In this document: piece after piece, positions 25,651 through 39,935 of the stretch
How the letters are laid out: each line of letters begins with the position of its first letter
Position numbering within the stretch: the stretch's first letter is position 1
Assembly: GCA_951406725.2 (NCBI GenBank)
Contig: OX597836.1
Coordinates: forward strand, 3,720,001 to 3,784,000
Direction of reading: 5' to 3'
Length of the DNA: 64,000 nt
From: Octopus vulgaris
Taxonomy: Eukaryota
Notes under the pieces: generated by a model
What the model saw: the letters and a program-made list of their open reading frames with translations, nothing else
Told to the model about the DNA's origin: nothing
Database searches by the model: none
Position numbers and translations under genes: made by a program

Positions 25651-25926
25651 TAAACAAAAGCTAGTGTTTTTCAGTCAATCATGCTTTTTATAAGATACAT
25701 CAACGTATTGGAACAATTCTGCTGTTGGTATTACTTTCTGAGTTACTAGAAGCCATTTATATATGTTTGTGTGGGGCGGGGAGGGGGGCGTATGCGCGCC
25801 TGCGTGTTGATATATATATATATATAGTATAAAAGGGATGTCATATGTAGGTCAGATGTATATACTATAGAAAACTTAAATAAAGGATGTGAATAAAATC
25901 TCTACTCTCCTCCTTGTTATCAACGT

Positions 25927-25958
<32 letters not shown>

Positions 25959-26723
25959 CATCCACCCACACACACACACACATATATATACCTATGTGTG
26001 TGTGTCTTATTGAAAAAGTCTATAGTTGTCAAGCATTACTTCGTTCGTAATATATATATATATATATATAAATAATTAAGTATATAAACATTACACACAC
26101 ACAGAGACACACACATGTATACATATACATACACATGTATGTATATAGATCATAAACGGTGAGGAGGTATGAGAGGGGAATGCATTTATTTAATCACTTG
26201 ATATGCTTAGGATTACAGGCTTTTCAAAGCCTTCATAATATAATAATAATTTCGGTGTATAATAAATTATATTTACATGTCTGCACTAATATGAATGTTG
26301 TACGTACTTCCTTGCGTTTTTTATGGTCTATACACTCCTCATGAAATAATTTCATAGACTGGATGACTTGGAATTTAGCAATATAAAACTCTGCATTATA
26401 CACCTCCGTATTGGATTACCATGTGGTCTGCTAGCCGGGTCCACGAGAGGAGCTTTCTGTGTCTGCCACAGGATTCACTGAATCCATTTATTGCACTAGA
26501 CATTTTTAACATGTATATGTGTGTGTGTATGTGCATACATACATGCATACATACGCATATATATACATATACATACATACAAATATGCAACATACGTATA
26601 TACATACATATATCTATGTGTATGTATATATATTACACAAGTTAACTATATATATACACATATACACTATATTGCTGTACAATATACTAGGTAACTATAT
26701 ATATATGTATATATATATGTATG

Positions 26724-26837
<114 letters not shown>

Positions 26838-27600
26838 TATTTAACTTGTATATTGTTCAGAATCGCAGTGAAGCACGTTTGTGTCAAAAGCGAGAGAATG
26901 TTTGCAAATCAGTGGCTTCTCGTTGATAAGAAAGTGTCTCACTGCAGTGTTTTGTAAAATATTCTAGTTGCTAGTTTATGGTTCGTTTAAATACAATCTG
27001 TGTTTTTTTAATGGCTTTTCTTGATGACTTATCCATTCATTCAATATCTAAAGTTTAATGGATCCGTATAGTATTATACAACAACAGAATGTATTGATGA
27101 GCCGTGAAAAATCTGTGGGAAGCCGGTCGGAGTCTGGTTTGTTCGTTTTAGAAAATTTCCATTTACCATGAGACGTATAACGAAAATGGAATAATGATAA
27201 AACAGAACTTTGGATGAGATGTTTTCAATGAAGGAGGTATTTATTTTCTTCGTTTACATTGAAAGATATCGTTACGACGAACAACCAGATTGTGGCTAGA
27301 TGGGATGTTGTTTTTCCTTCTATCTTGACAAACGAAACATTGTCCGAAACGGCGAATTCTCCTCCTATCTTCATGATATTTATAATGACTATCAACTCTT
27401 GTTCGTTGTGTCTTTTATTTTTTGCTGAAGGTTCTGATTTTTCATTCATTTTTCTGATTTTTCATACGAAAATGAACATCCGCTACATCCTCTTCTTTTC
27501 TTAAAGAAGCAGAATGTTTTGACAGAGATTTAGCTACTATTTCTAGCAGATTGGAAGGACGTCTGGAAGATCCTTTGTTGGCTTGTAATTATTACATTAC

Positions 27601-27814
27601 TCTTTACTCTTTTACTCTTTTACTTGTTTCAGTCATTTGACTGTGGCCATGCTGGAGCACCGCCTTTAGTCGAGCAAATCGACCCCGGGACTTATTCTTT
27701 GTAAGCCCAGTACTTATTCTATCGGCCTCTTTTGCCGAACCGCTAAGTGACGGGGACGTAAACACACCAGCATCGGTTGTCAAGCAATGCTAGGGGACAA
27801 ACACAGACACACAA

Positions 27815-27863
<49 letters not shown>

Positions 27864-28034
27864 CATATATACGACAGACTTCTTTCAGTTTCCGTCTACC
27901 AAATCCACTCAAGAGGCATTGGTCGGCCCGGGGCTATAGCAGAAGACACTTGCCCAAGATGCCACGCAGTGGGACTGAACCCGGAACCATGTGGCTGGTT
28001 AGCAATCTACTTACCACACAGCCACTCCTGCGCC
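27601..28034 (-). mobile_element. Full-length SINE family B with internal (CA)/(TA) microsatellite
   Basis: On the minus strand: head ggcgcaggagtggctgtgtggtaag, B box ggttcagtccc, CORE-like cttgggcaagtgtctt, tail (gagtaaaa)n. Confidence 0.9.
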
Positions 28035-28213
28035 TATTATTTAAATCTAGTAATTAAAATGATTAATTTCTAAAATATTCTTTTCAGTTTTGTACTCAAA
28101 AATCTCCAACGCGTCCGGTAAGTCTGATACCAAATCTAAATTGAGGAGAATGATTAAAATTTCTTATAATATTATTTAACCGATATCAATGCATCTGCGT
28201 GTGACTATGTCCA

Positions 28214-28660
28214 TGTATGTATGTATGTATGTATGTATGTATGTATGTATGTATGTATGTATGTATGTATGTATGTATGTATGTATGGATGTATGTATGT
28301 ATGTATGTATGTATGTATGTATGTATGTATGTATGTATGTATGTATGTATGTATGTATGTATGTATGTATGTATGTATGTATGTATGTATGTATGTATGT
28401 ATGTATGTATGTATGTATGTATGTATGTATGTATGTATGTATGTATGTATGTATGTATGTATGTATGTATGTATGTATGTATGTATGTATGTATGTATGT
28501 ATGTATGTATGTATGTATGTATGCATGTATGTACGTACGTACGTACGTACGTATGTATGTATGTACGTACGTACGCACGTATGTATGTATGTATGTATTT
28601 ATGTATGTATGTATGTATGTACGTACGTACGTACGTACGTATGTATGTATGTATGTATGT
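28214..28660. repeat. (TATG)n/(TACG)n microsatellite
   Basis: Direct reading. Confidence 0.97.
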
Positions 28661-28717
28661 ATGGGTAAGTATGTGTGTATTTATGTATGTATTCATGCAT
28701 GAGTGTATATATATGGA

Positions 28718-28796
<79 letters not shown>

Positions 28797-28802
28797 TATG
28801 AA

Positions 28803-28849
<47 letters not shown>

Positions 28850-28850
28850 G

Positions 28851-28898
<48 letters not shown>

Positions 28899-28899
<1 letters not shown>

Positions 28900-29112
28900 T
28901 TTCCTACTTTAGGTACAAGGCCGGAAATTTTTGGGGAGGAGGCCAGAAGATTAGATCGACCCCATGATGCAACTGGTACTTAATTTATCGACCCCGAAAG
29001 GATGAAAGGCAAAGTCGACCTCGGCGGAATTTGAACTCACAACGTAACGGCAGACGAAATACGGCTAAGCATTTCGCCCGACGTGCTAACGTTTCTGCCA
29101 GCTCGCCGCCTT
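28899..29112 (-). mobile_element. SINE family A, well preserved
   Basis: Reverse complement aaggcggcgagctggcagaaacgttagc...gcctttcatcctttcggggtcgataaattaagtaccag. Confidence 0.9.
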
Positions 29113-29213
29113 ATATAATGTAAATATTATACATGGTAGATATTATCTATGTATAAGCTAATATATGTGTGCATATATATATATGTCTACAAACGTGTAT
29201 ATACATTTTTTTG

Positions 29214-29265
<52 letters not shown>

Positions 29266-29488
29266 TATATATATGTGTGTGTGCGCGCGTATGCGTATAT
29301 ATGTATATATGTATGCCTGTATACAAGTGTGCGTGTGTATGTATGTATGCATGTATGTATGTTTATATGAATGTATATGTATATATGCATTGAATAAACT
29401 TTATTAATTGAATAAATATATCAATAATATAAATATTTTAATTAATTAATCACTTCGGCAGATTTCTAGAGACCAGACACAATGCAGG

Positions 29489-29560
<72 letters not shown>

Positions 29561-29909
29561 ACATATACTCACATACACAAACACACTCGCACAGACAAAC
29601 AGGCAAACAGACAGACAGATTGATACTCACACAAACCAGATTGTTTCCTCTTCTGATGTTTACAGCAATGTGGGCCTTCCATAGTGAAACCGACCGTGCC
29701 AAGATATTGAGGTCAAATGTCAAACCTACCTGTAAGTTATGTCTGGAATTGATTATTGATTTTTGATTATTTTTTTTATTCATTCACTTATTTATTTATT
29801 CATTTTACTATTTAGCTTTATTTTCAATTTTCACGTTTCTTAGAATATCGACAGAAAAACCTCGCACACAACCATAGGTACACAAATGCATGTGTATCCA
29901 AATATACAT

Positions 29910-29971
<62 letters not shown>

Positions 29972-29990
29972 ATATATATATATATATATA

Positions 29991-30170
29991 CGGAGTAAAC
30001 ACATAAATGTGAAACAAGGTGGAAAAAAGAGTACTCAAATACCAGTGGTAGAGTAATATGCTTTATTTAAAGCAGCAGAAAATTCAACAAAACCTGTTAC
30101 TCTGAGTTTCCCGGCAACAGGAAACTCAGAGTAACAGGTTTTGTTGAATTTTCTGCTGCTTTAAATAAAG
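29991..30170. mobile_element. Inverted (fold-back) PLE terminal-repeat insertion between (TA)n tracts
   Basis: Same family as 19482, 21241 and 53721; perfect 51-bp inverted repeat 30061-30111 / 30120-30170. Confidence 0.8.
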
Positions 30171-30519
30171 TATATATATATATATATAGACATATATACA
30201 AAATATAAAGTTATATCTTGAGTGACACCAACGCTCAAGATATGCAACGGACTGGAAATAGAAGTGCTCCAATGAGCTGTATACACTTTTTTTTAATCCA
30301 AGAGGCGGCAATGCGAGCAACAACCACAGGAACATCACAAAATTCAAAGATAGACCAAACACATACAAATCTTATATGCAGGAGAGTTTCCATGTATAAG
30401 TTCTTCGATGGAGTAGGAATATTCCTGGTAGAAATGCCCAAGTATTGCTTCTCCATTATATCCAGTCTGTAGTTTAGTGCTCCACAGAGTCGAATTAATT
30501 ACAAAATATAAAGTTATAT

Positions 30520-30610
30520 ACATGTATACTTGTGCAGCAGTTTTTGGCTAGGTACAGCATTGCCCATGTCCTACAGCCACCGTCTTCCCCCAATGAGGCA
30601 TCTTTTGTAT
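30520..30610 (+). mobile_element. mariner transposase relic
   Basis: Translates LVQQFLARYSIAHVLQPPSSPNEASF, resembling the mariner FLAK...QPPYSPDLAPxD motif. Confidence 0.5.
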
Positions 30611-30743
30611 ATCATGATGACTTTGCAAGAGTTGCAGGGCAGAATGAAAAAACGTCCGGGTTGTAAAGATTGGCGAGACTCTTTGAGTGTTGGGACTCCA
30701 TAAACAACTGTTGCGCTGTGGATAATGGGATCTTGAGATAAGC

Positions 30744-30744
<1 letters not shown>

Positions 30745-30774
<30 letters not shown>

Positions 30775-31157
30775 CTTCTTCTTCTTCTTCTTCTTCTTCT
30801 TCTTCTTCTTCTTCTTCTTCTTCTTCTTCTTCTTCTTCTTCTTCTTCTTCTTCTTCTTCTTCTTCTTCTTCTTCTTCTTCTTCTTCTTCTTCTTCTTCTT
30901 CTTCTTCTTCTTCTTCTTCTCCGTCTTCTTCTTCTTCTTCTTCTTCTTCTTCTTCTTCTTCTTCTTCTTCTTCTTCTTCTTCTTCTTCTTCTTCTTCTTC
31001 TTCTTCTTCTTCTTTTCTCCTTCTTCTTCTTCTTCTTCTTCTTCTTCTCCTTCTTCTTCTTCTTCTTCTTCTTCTTCTTTTCTTCTTCTTCTTCTTCTTC
31101 TTCTTCTTCTTTTTCTTCTTCTTCTTCTTCTTCTTCTTCTTCTTCTTCTTCTTCTTC
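30745..31157. repeat. (TTC)n microsatellite, about 400 bp
   Basis: Direct reading. Confidence 0.97.
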
Positions 31158-31481
31158 CCCGTCCTACCCCCTTCTCTTCCCGCTCACCCCGCTACCTACC
31201 ATCATTACCACACTTTTTCACTCACTCTCATTCCATCACACACACACACACACATACACATATACACTCACTGACTCTCTCTCTTCCCTTCATTCCCTTT
31301 CTCTCTGTCTCCCTCCCTCATTCACAACTCTCTCTCTCTCTCTCTCTCCTTTCTCACTCTTCCCCTTTTCTTTCTCTCCACTTCTTCTCTCTCTCCCCAT
31401 CCATTGTGCATAAGTTAGGAACAGGTCACGAATCCGGAATCAATTGTTTTCTATCAGAATTGCGCGATACCGTCACGCACT

Positions 31482-31619
<138 letters not shown>

Positions 31620-31666
31620 TATATACATACATACATACATACACACACACATACACACACACACAT

Positions 31667-31725
<59 letters not shown>

Positions 31726-32085
31726 CATATATAGGGGTGCACACGTACGGTGTATATATTGTGTACGCGTTTCAGTTTCGTGCAGTCGTGCGTATATTGG
31801 AAGCTATTTGGAAATGTATATCTCTACCCCACATTATACATACATGCAAACAAACACGCACACGCACACGTTTATAACACCTACACGCACATATAAACAA
31901 TCATATACATCATATATACTTATATATATGTATATATATATATACACGTAAATATATATATACATATATATATATATATATTTATACACGTATATATATA
32001 TACACACACAAACACACATAAATATATGTATATACACACACGCAAACCTACATATACGTATATGCATGCATATACATATATATGC

Positions 32086-32146
<61 letters not shown>

Positions 32147-32464
32147 CACACACAGACACGCATATATATATACCTATATACATAAATGTGTCTGTGTGTG
32201 TGTGTAAAGGTATACAACGATACATTTACATTTTTTTGCGCGTTATATTTATGTAATTATTTCTCATATTCTTTTCTTTGCTGTTGTTGTTGTCGTCGTA
32301 GCAACAAGTTTGTGTATTTGTTTTTGTTTTTGTTTCTTTTTTTTGTTGTTGTTGTGTTTAGTTGTTTTAACAATGTCGAATTATCAAGGTTTCTATGCTA
32401 CGTGACATGTTATTTTGGATTTCAAACCAAAACAGATCAACGATCGATATGCAAAAAGTATACC

Positions 32465-32504
<40 letters not shown>

Positions 32505-33259
32505 CACGTGCATGTGTGTGTGTGTGTGTGTATCCTTTTTCTTTATCTCTAATCTGCTTCTTCTTTTTCTTGTATAAATTAACTGCTAACAGGATTGCTC
32601 TGATTGGTAGAATGCTTTGTAAACATCCCCCCCACCACCACCGCCACCACCACCACCACCGCCAAAACCACCACCACCACCACCACCGCCACCACCACCA
32701 GCAACAACAACAACGATATCAGAAACAACAGTATTGTAACAAAATGAAAACCCAAGCAAAAATATATCTGATCATTAAGTAGGTTTATTTTGCTGTGTTG
32801 CATTTTAAAGGAAATGGTCGATGGTTTTAGGTTCAATTCCAGCATGAGGCACCGGTTGGAAAATTTTAAGGAAGAGCTCGATAGAAGAACTTTGAGGATG
32901 ATTTCCATCATAAGCACAAGACGATAAATTTTGGGGATGGCGTATTGTTCCTTTCCCTCCTTCCGGATAAAACGAAATACCAGTAAAATACTGGAGTCGA
33001 TTAAAGGAAATTACAAATACCGAGACTGACGTAAGCAACAAACCCACGCAAACCCTGCCTCAAATTATGTTTGAACGTCCCCTCTTCCGTCTCCCTTGTG
33101 AATTCTGAGTCAGGGCCTGACGTGTAATGAAGGAAATTGGTTTCCTCTCAGATTTGGCTGCATTGAGTCGTATGCTTCCTCGAAGAAAGGCCTTAATCTC
33201 CCAGGTTTTTCTCTGTTTTGAAATGTCATCGATGTCTTATGAGAACTTTGCTATTTTTC

Positions 33260-33440
33260 TAGGGAGGGCTGTCAACCCTAAGCAAAACCCACTTTTAACT
33301 GGAAAGAGGTGACCCATATTAGACTGTCCTTGATCCGTGCAGTGTAGAAGACCCACCAGGAGCTTGCATTCCACTGGTATCGCTCTCAGGGTGATTGAGG
33401 CATGCGAACCACCACATCACAACAAAGACTGGTCCTTGTA
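33260..33440 (-). mobile_element. RTE-clade LINE 5' terminal relic
   Basis: Reverse complement gcatgcctcaatcaccctgagagcgatacc, homologous to 2370-2560. Confidence 0.55.
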
Positions 33441-35587
33441 GAGGGCCTTTACTCATACATCTCGGTAATTAGGAATTATACAGTTCTGACCAACAATAAC
33501 AACTCGTGCGCCGAGAAGAAATGGTAACCAACATCCTAAAGGGACGTAGTTAAATGCATCAACGTACTTAACCTGTTGCCTTAATGATTCTGCTGGCCAT
33601 CCTCATTAAAAAGGCCTTTTATTATTCTGTCAAGAAGTAGAGTGCGTTGCCGTTGTGCTTGGAGGTTGCTTAGCTCCAAGCCAATCCTGATCAAACAATC
33701 ACGATCAAAGACAATTAAACCGTGAGCATTCCGTCTTTTTCAATTTCCAAGTATATTTATCAAGCAATAATGTGAGGGTTTTTTAAAGACAATAAACAGT
33801 GATTTGAGACAGATTTGACTATTATTATTTATTGTAGATCGAGAAACCCTTATCAAAGATACTCTTTCAGGCTTCTATAATGATGTTGTGTCACGTAAAT
33901 AATGAAATTAACTATATTTATGTAGTAAATGCATAGTCCGTTTACTACAATATGCAGTGCATGTTTGGCCAAACACAGTCAATACATGGACAATATTTTG
34001 TAGTATTTATGGTTACACAGAAGAAGCATAAAAATGATTTTTATGCTTGCCGAGAAAGCAATAAATCATATCAGCCGCTTGCATATGTTAAGTGAATATT
34101 ATAGTGGTTATTAATAAGCGAATGCATTTTTTTATTGTAAGAAAGAAATTATAATAGAAAACAAACCCAAATAATTATAAAAAACAAAAGCATTTTTTAA
34201 TGACATATGTCACAAATAAAGAGCTTTTTTTTCTCCATAAATACGCAAATATATATACGCACCTAGTGCCAGCTTACATCTGCAAACATATACATCTGTG
34301 CACGTGTGTGTCTTAAAACACACACACACACACACGTATACATGCATATATATGTGTATATACATATGTACATACATATATATATATGTATATATATATG
34401 TGTATATATATATACATATATATATACATATATGTATATATGTAAGTATATATATATATGTATATATATATATGTACATATATATATGTATATATATACA
34501 ATACATTATATATATAATGTATGTATACATTGATTGGTGTATACACGCATCCACAAATATTGCACATGCACACTCACAATATGGCACACGTTTGCATATG
34601 CCTATATACGAGCAGATTTCAAATTCCAATTGTACATACAGAAGGATATGCGTCCATACACGTATATGTATATGAATATTTATATGTAATATTTATATGT
34701 ACGTATATATATATATATACACACAGATAAATATTTATTTATTTATAAAATATATATATTTATATGTGTATATGTATATACATGCACACACACACACAGA
34801 GGCATTATGTTACAAGGAAATGAAATAAATATGTTACACTACTGAATGGTATTGAGTGGTTCTTCAGTTTAATGTTGGACAGTTTTTGTGTATGAGTATG
34901 CATAAAACTAACGTTAATACATACCGTATGCATGTATATATATATATATATATACATAATACATATATATATATGTGTGTGTATACATATATATATAATT
35001 ATACTTCTATATGTATATATATATATACATATACATATATAATTGTATAAATATGTATATGTATATATGTGTGTGTGTGTATGTATGCATATATATAGTA
35101 CTATATATATGTGTGTGTGTATGTATATTTATGTATATATACTTATACATGTATATATAAATGTACACACACATACATATATATATGTATGTATATGAAT
35201 GTGAACTAACATAGTGCTCTAACATAGATACATAATCACGTTCACGCGCTCAAACACACGCATACATACACGTTGTGTATGAATGCTGTTATACATAGAA
35301 AGATGGATTCAGAGGGAGAGACAGAGATAGAGAGAGAGAGAAAGCGACAGAGACAGAGAGTGAGACAGAGGGGAGAGAGAGGGGGATGCGGTTTGTGTAA
35401 CTGCTGTCCCAAGCGGACAGCTTCGCATATTCTAAATCTGGAATCTAGAATAAGAATTCGTATTCCTCTATTCTTATATTCCAAATATAGAAAACCCTGC
35501 TTTAGTTTCCGATAAATTATATGAGTCATGGACGTTTTACACCTCTCACTTGCATGTACTGCAGCACTTTATACGCACCTTGTGTAG

Positions 35588-35639
<52 letters not shown>

Positions 35640-35642
<3 letters not shown>

Positions 35643-35900
35643 GAATACCAAAAATGAGTTTCGGAGTTTTCTTTCTTCAATTTCGACTGCTTCTACTCAA
35701 GATTGCTCCAATCTGGCCAGCCCCAGGGAAAAACTAAGATCATTAGATTCCTTGGAAGAAAGCATCGAAAGTATGCAAAAACAAGGACGGAAAAAAACGG
35801 AGAAATGGTATACAAATATAAATGCAAATAAAAGTCATTAACAACAGGTGTCTTTCGACTAAGGACGAAGTAAATTAAGCTGGCGTGTGGGAAAGGGAAG

Positions 35901-35904
<4 letters not shown>
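35640..35904 (-). repeat. (TA)n-bounded dispersed repeat, reverse-complement homolog of about 60320-60590; probable PLE tail
   Basis: acaacaggtgtctttcgactaaggacgaa here pairs with ttcgtccttagtcaaaagacacctgttgt at about 60358. Confidence 0.6.
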
Positions 35905-35967
<63 letters not shown>

Positions 35968-36474
35968 ACCAGTAGCAGCAGAAGAAACAACAAGAAATAG
36001 CAGCGAGACTTGAATTTGCTAGAAATAGCAGTTAGACATGGATTTGCTGCTAAAAATAGCAGATGAATCTTCCTCGAATCGAATCGCATCCTATCGTCAT
36101 AGAAAAGAACACATTAGATAAGTGGGTCCTGTTTTTTTCTTTTGTGTGCACAAGATATAGACAGGATGGTCACGGCTAGAATGCCTTCGATTACGACTGA
36201 CGAGGATGGAGGTTAAACAATAACAACAACACTTACAAGTAGAACATTAGCAACGAGTATGAAAAGAATATGAACAGACAACTGCAGCAACAACAACAGC
36301 AACAACAAAACACCATAGATAACATCAACGACCGTCGATGTTTCAACAGGTTTGAAACCAAGAACAACAACAACAACAACAAGAATAAATAACAAGAACA
36401 AGAAATTAAAAATTTCAGTAACAAAAGCTGGAGACAGGCTGGATGGCCACCACTTTTGTCATTGCCACCATCAT

Positions 36475-36510
36475 AATACCACCACCACCACCACCACCAC
36501 CACCACCACC

Positions 36511-36541
<31 letters not shown>

Positions 36542-37130
36542 CTACCGATTCCTAATCCACCAGCAGCTGTAGAAGCTGCACAACCACCACCACCACCACT
36601 ATGACCACATCACCACCACCACCACCACCACTACCACCACCACCACTACCACTACCATTGCCTCCATTATCACTACCATCATCGCCATTATCACCACTCA
36701 ACACCACCACTTCCAACACCTGCACCTCTACTGTCACCTCCAACGCCAACACCTCCACCACCACCACCACCATCACCACCACCACCACCACCACCACCAC
36801 CACCACGGCCATTAACAGCAACAACAACAATACTACCGCCACCACCAGCATCTCCAGCACGAGGACCTCCACCTTCAGCATCTCCACCACCACAGCCGCG
36901 GCCACCACCACCACCACCACAACCACCAGCACCAGCACCAGCACCAACACCAGCACCATTCCCTCCATTATCACTACCACCACCACTTCCACCACCACCA
37001 CTTCCACCACCACCACTTCCACCACCACCACCACCACCACCACCACCACCACCACCACCACCATTAACAACAACAACAACAACAACGATACTACCGCCAC
37101 CAACAGCATCTCCAGCACCACCACCAGGAG
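36475..37130. repeat. (ACC)n/(AAC)n compound trinucleotide repeat with internal duplication
   Basis: ccattaaca..aacaacaac..tactaccgccacca.cagcatctccagcac occurs twice. Confidence 0.85.
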
Positions 37131-37414
37131 CAGAAGAAACAACAAGAACGTTTCTTGCAACAACTTGAATAGCATTACAAGACATAATGGTAAAAGCTAT
37201 TAAGTCGGGTTCAAGGAACCCAAGAAAAGCGAGAAAGCAGCAGCAGCAGCAGCAGACTTGGATTCATTTGGAATTCAATCTTATTGAAAGAACTGACGAG
37301 AACCAATCGACTTGGGCTACAAATCGATAATTTAAACTTTGATCTTTGTGGAAATTAACATCACTTTCTTCTACAGAAATATATTCAAGCGTTTTTATAC
37401 ATAAATGTGGGTTT

Positions 37415-37464
<50 letters not shown>

Positions 37465-37473
37465 AGCACACGC

Positions 37474-37518
<45 letters not shown>

Positions 37519-37679
37519 ACTCGTTGGCCCGCGGCCAAGCTGGGGTGCCACTGCAAGCCGAGTCGATCATATCGACTCGACTACTTATTCGGTTTGGGTC
37601 TTATACATGCATACGTAAGTATATGTATGCATGCATGTATGTATGTATGTGTGGTGTATGTATGTATATATATATATAC

Positions 37680-37758
<79 letters not shown>

Positions 37759-37767
37759 CATATATAT

Positions 37768-37798
<31 letters not shown>

Positions 37799-37963
37799 CA
37801 TATATATACATACATACATATATATATATACACACATATATATATACATACATATATACATACATATACATACATATATATATATATATACATATATTTG
37901 TATATATAGACACATATATATGTATGTTTACACACGCATGTACATAAATACATACATACACAC

Positions 37964-38001
<38 letters not shown>

Positions 38002-38202
38002 ATATATGTAGATATATATACATGCATATATATACATATATATATTTAAATCTATATATCTATCTATCTATCTCTCTATAAATTTATCTATATATATACA
38101 TATATATATGCGTGTGTGTGTGTGTTTATACATACATTTGTGCGTGTGTGCGTGACTTAGAATAAGATAGCAAAGGGAAAAAATAGATATAGAAGAGAGA
38201 GG

Positions 38203-38237
<35 letters not shown>

Positions 38238-38793
38238 GAGGAGAGAACAAGAGAGAAAGAGAGAGAGATGGAGAGAGAGATGGAGAGAGAGATGGAGAGA
38301 GAGAGAGAGAGTGTTTGTGTGTGAGAGAGAAAGCGGTTGTAATGTCTCTAATGTGTCACAGAGGCGAACTTTGTTCTCTTTGCAGCTGGTTTGCAGCAAT
38401 GCGTAAGAGACACGCGAGTGCAGAAGTACTTTCCTCCAGCAACAGGCCCTAAGTAATAACTATTCTTGGTGATTCACGATGTATAAGGGCCTTGAAGGGT
38501 CCCGCTTTAACTTGATTGGAATTCGGAGATGATCTACGTCCTTAAAATAACACAAAGATGTAGTATGTAGTTCGCAAATCGTATGAAGCTGCCCTCGTGG
38601 CCACATCAACAGACTGCCAGGTATGGCTTAAAACGTCCCATTGCCATGTAATTGTTTTGGGTTTTGGATAAGGTTAAGTGTGTAAAAACTGAAATAAAAT
38701 GTGAAGTGTACTCCCATAGGAATTCAAGTACTCTACCCAAAACCTCGTTACTCGCACCAAACGCAATATCCAGGCAGAAAATGCGTTGTAGTA

Positions 38794-39015
38794 AAGGCGG
38801 CGAGCTGGCAGAACCGTTAGCACGTCGAGTAAATGCTTAGCCGTATTTCGTCTGTCGCTACATTCTGAGTTCAAATTCCGCCGAGGTCGACTTTGCCTTT
38901 CATCCTTTCGGGGTCAATAAATTAAGTAGCAGTTACGCACTGGGGTCGATATAATCGACTTAATCCCTTTGTCTGTCCCCTCTGTGTTTAGCCCCTTGTG
39001 GGCAATAAAGAAATA
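38794..39015 (+). mobile_element. SINE family A with 18-bp target-site duplication
   Basis: TSD agaaaatgcgttgtagta (38776-38793) / agaaaatgctttgtagta (39016-39033). Confidence 0.92.
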
Positions 39016-39547
39016 AGAAAATGCTTTGTAGTATTTGTTTCGACTGTTTACAACCTGCGTTCAAGTCTCGTAGAGATAAACCTTACCTTTTATCCCTCTA
39101 AGGGTCGATAAACTAAAATATCAGTCAAGTACTCGTTAGTCTACTCCTTTGGTTTCCTCCTCACCCCCCAACCCCCCCTCTAGATTTATACCTAATTTAA
39201 ATCATCTCTCCATCATCTTGGAGGGTTTCCTAATTTTCTTTTCCCATTTATTCCCCAGTTTCCGACAACTTCACGGGTTTACTTGCTGGTCGTTATCTCC
39301 GGATTTACGGATGTCCCCGAACTGTCCGGGTCAGAAGAATTTTCAATAATCCGTGATCTCATCGTTCGCTCCATCCTGTTCTCAAATTACCTCTGCAACG
39401 ATATTCTTAGCAAGAATTTCTCCAAGGCCCTCTATGGTGTAACCAGCCATTGTTCATTTTTTCTGCTTAGTATTCCATGTTTAGCAAACGGAAGTACGAC
39501 CATACCAACAGCACCATCCTACATGCGATCTTCGGTAGAGCCAGACT

Positions 39548-39935
39548 GTTGGAAGCACTCCGTCGGTTACGACGACGAGGGTTCCGGTTGATCCGAATCA
39601 ACGGAACAGCCTGCTCGTGAAATTAACGTGTAAGTGGCTGAGCACTCCACAGACACGTGTACCCTTAACGTAGTTCTCGGGGATATTCAGCGTGACACAG
39701 AGAGTGACAAGGCCGGCCCTTTGAAATACAAGGTACAACAGAAACAGGAAGTAAGAGTGAGAGAAAGTTGTGGTGAAAGAGTACAGCAGGGATCACCACC
39801 ATCCCCTGCCGGAGCGTCGTGGAGCTTTAGGTGTTTTCGCTCAATAAACACTCACAACGCCCGGTCTGGGAATCGAAACCGCGATCCTATGACCGCGAGT
39901 CCGCTGCCCTAACCACTGGGCCATTGCGCCTCCAC
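39548..39935 (-). mobile_element. tRNA-derived SINE family C with 11-bp TSD, inserted in an RTE relic
   Basis: Minus-strand head ggaggcgcaatggcccagtggttagg...ggtttcgattccc; TSD agagccagact at 39537-39547 and 39936-39946. Confidence 0.88.

Noticed and set aside
36552-37203. Mucin-like poly-Thr/Pro ORF (+) and Gly- or Val-rich ORFs (-)
   Set aside because: Open in several frames and on both strands because of (ACC)n; no signal peptide, domain or convincing splice context
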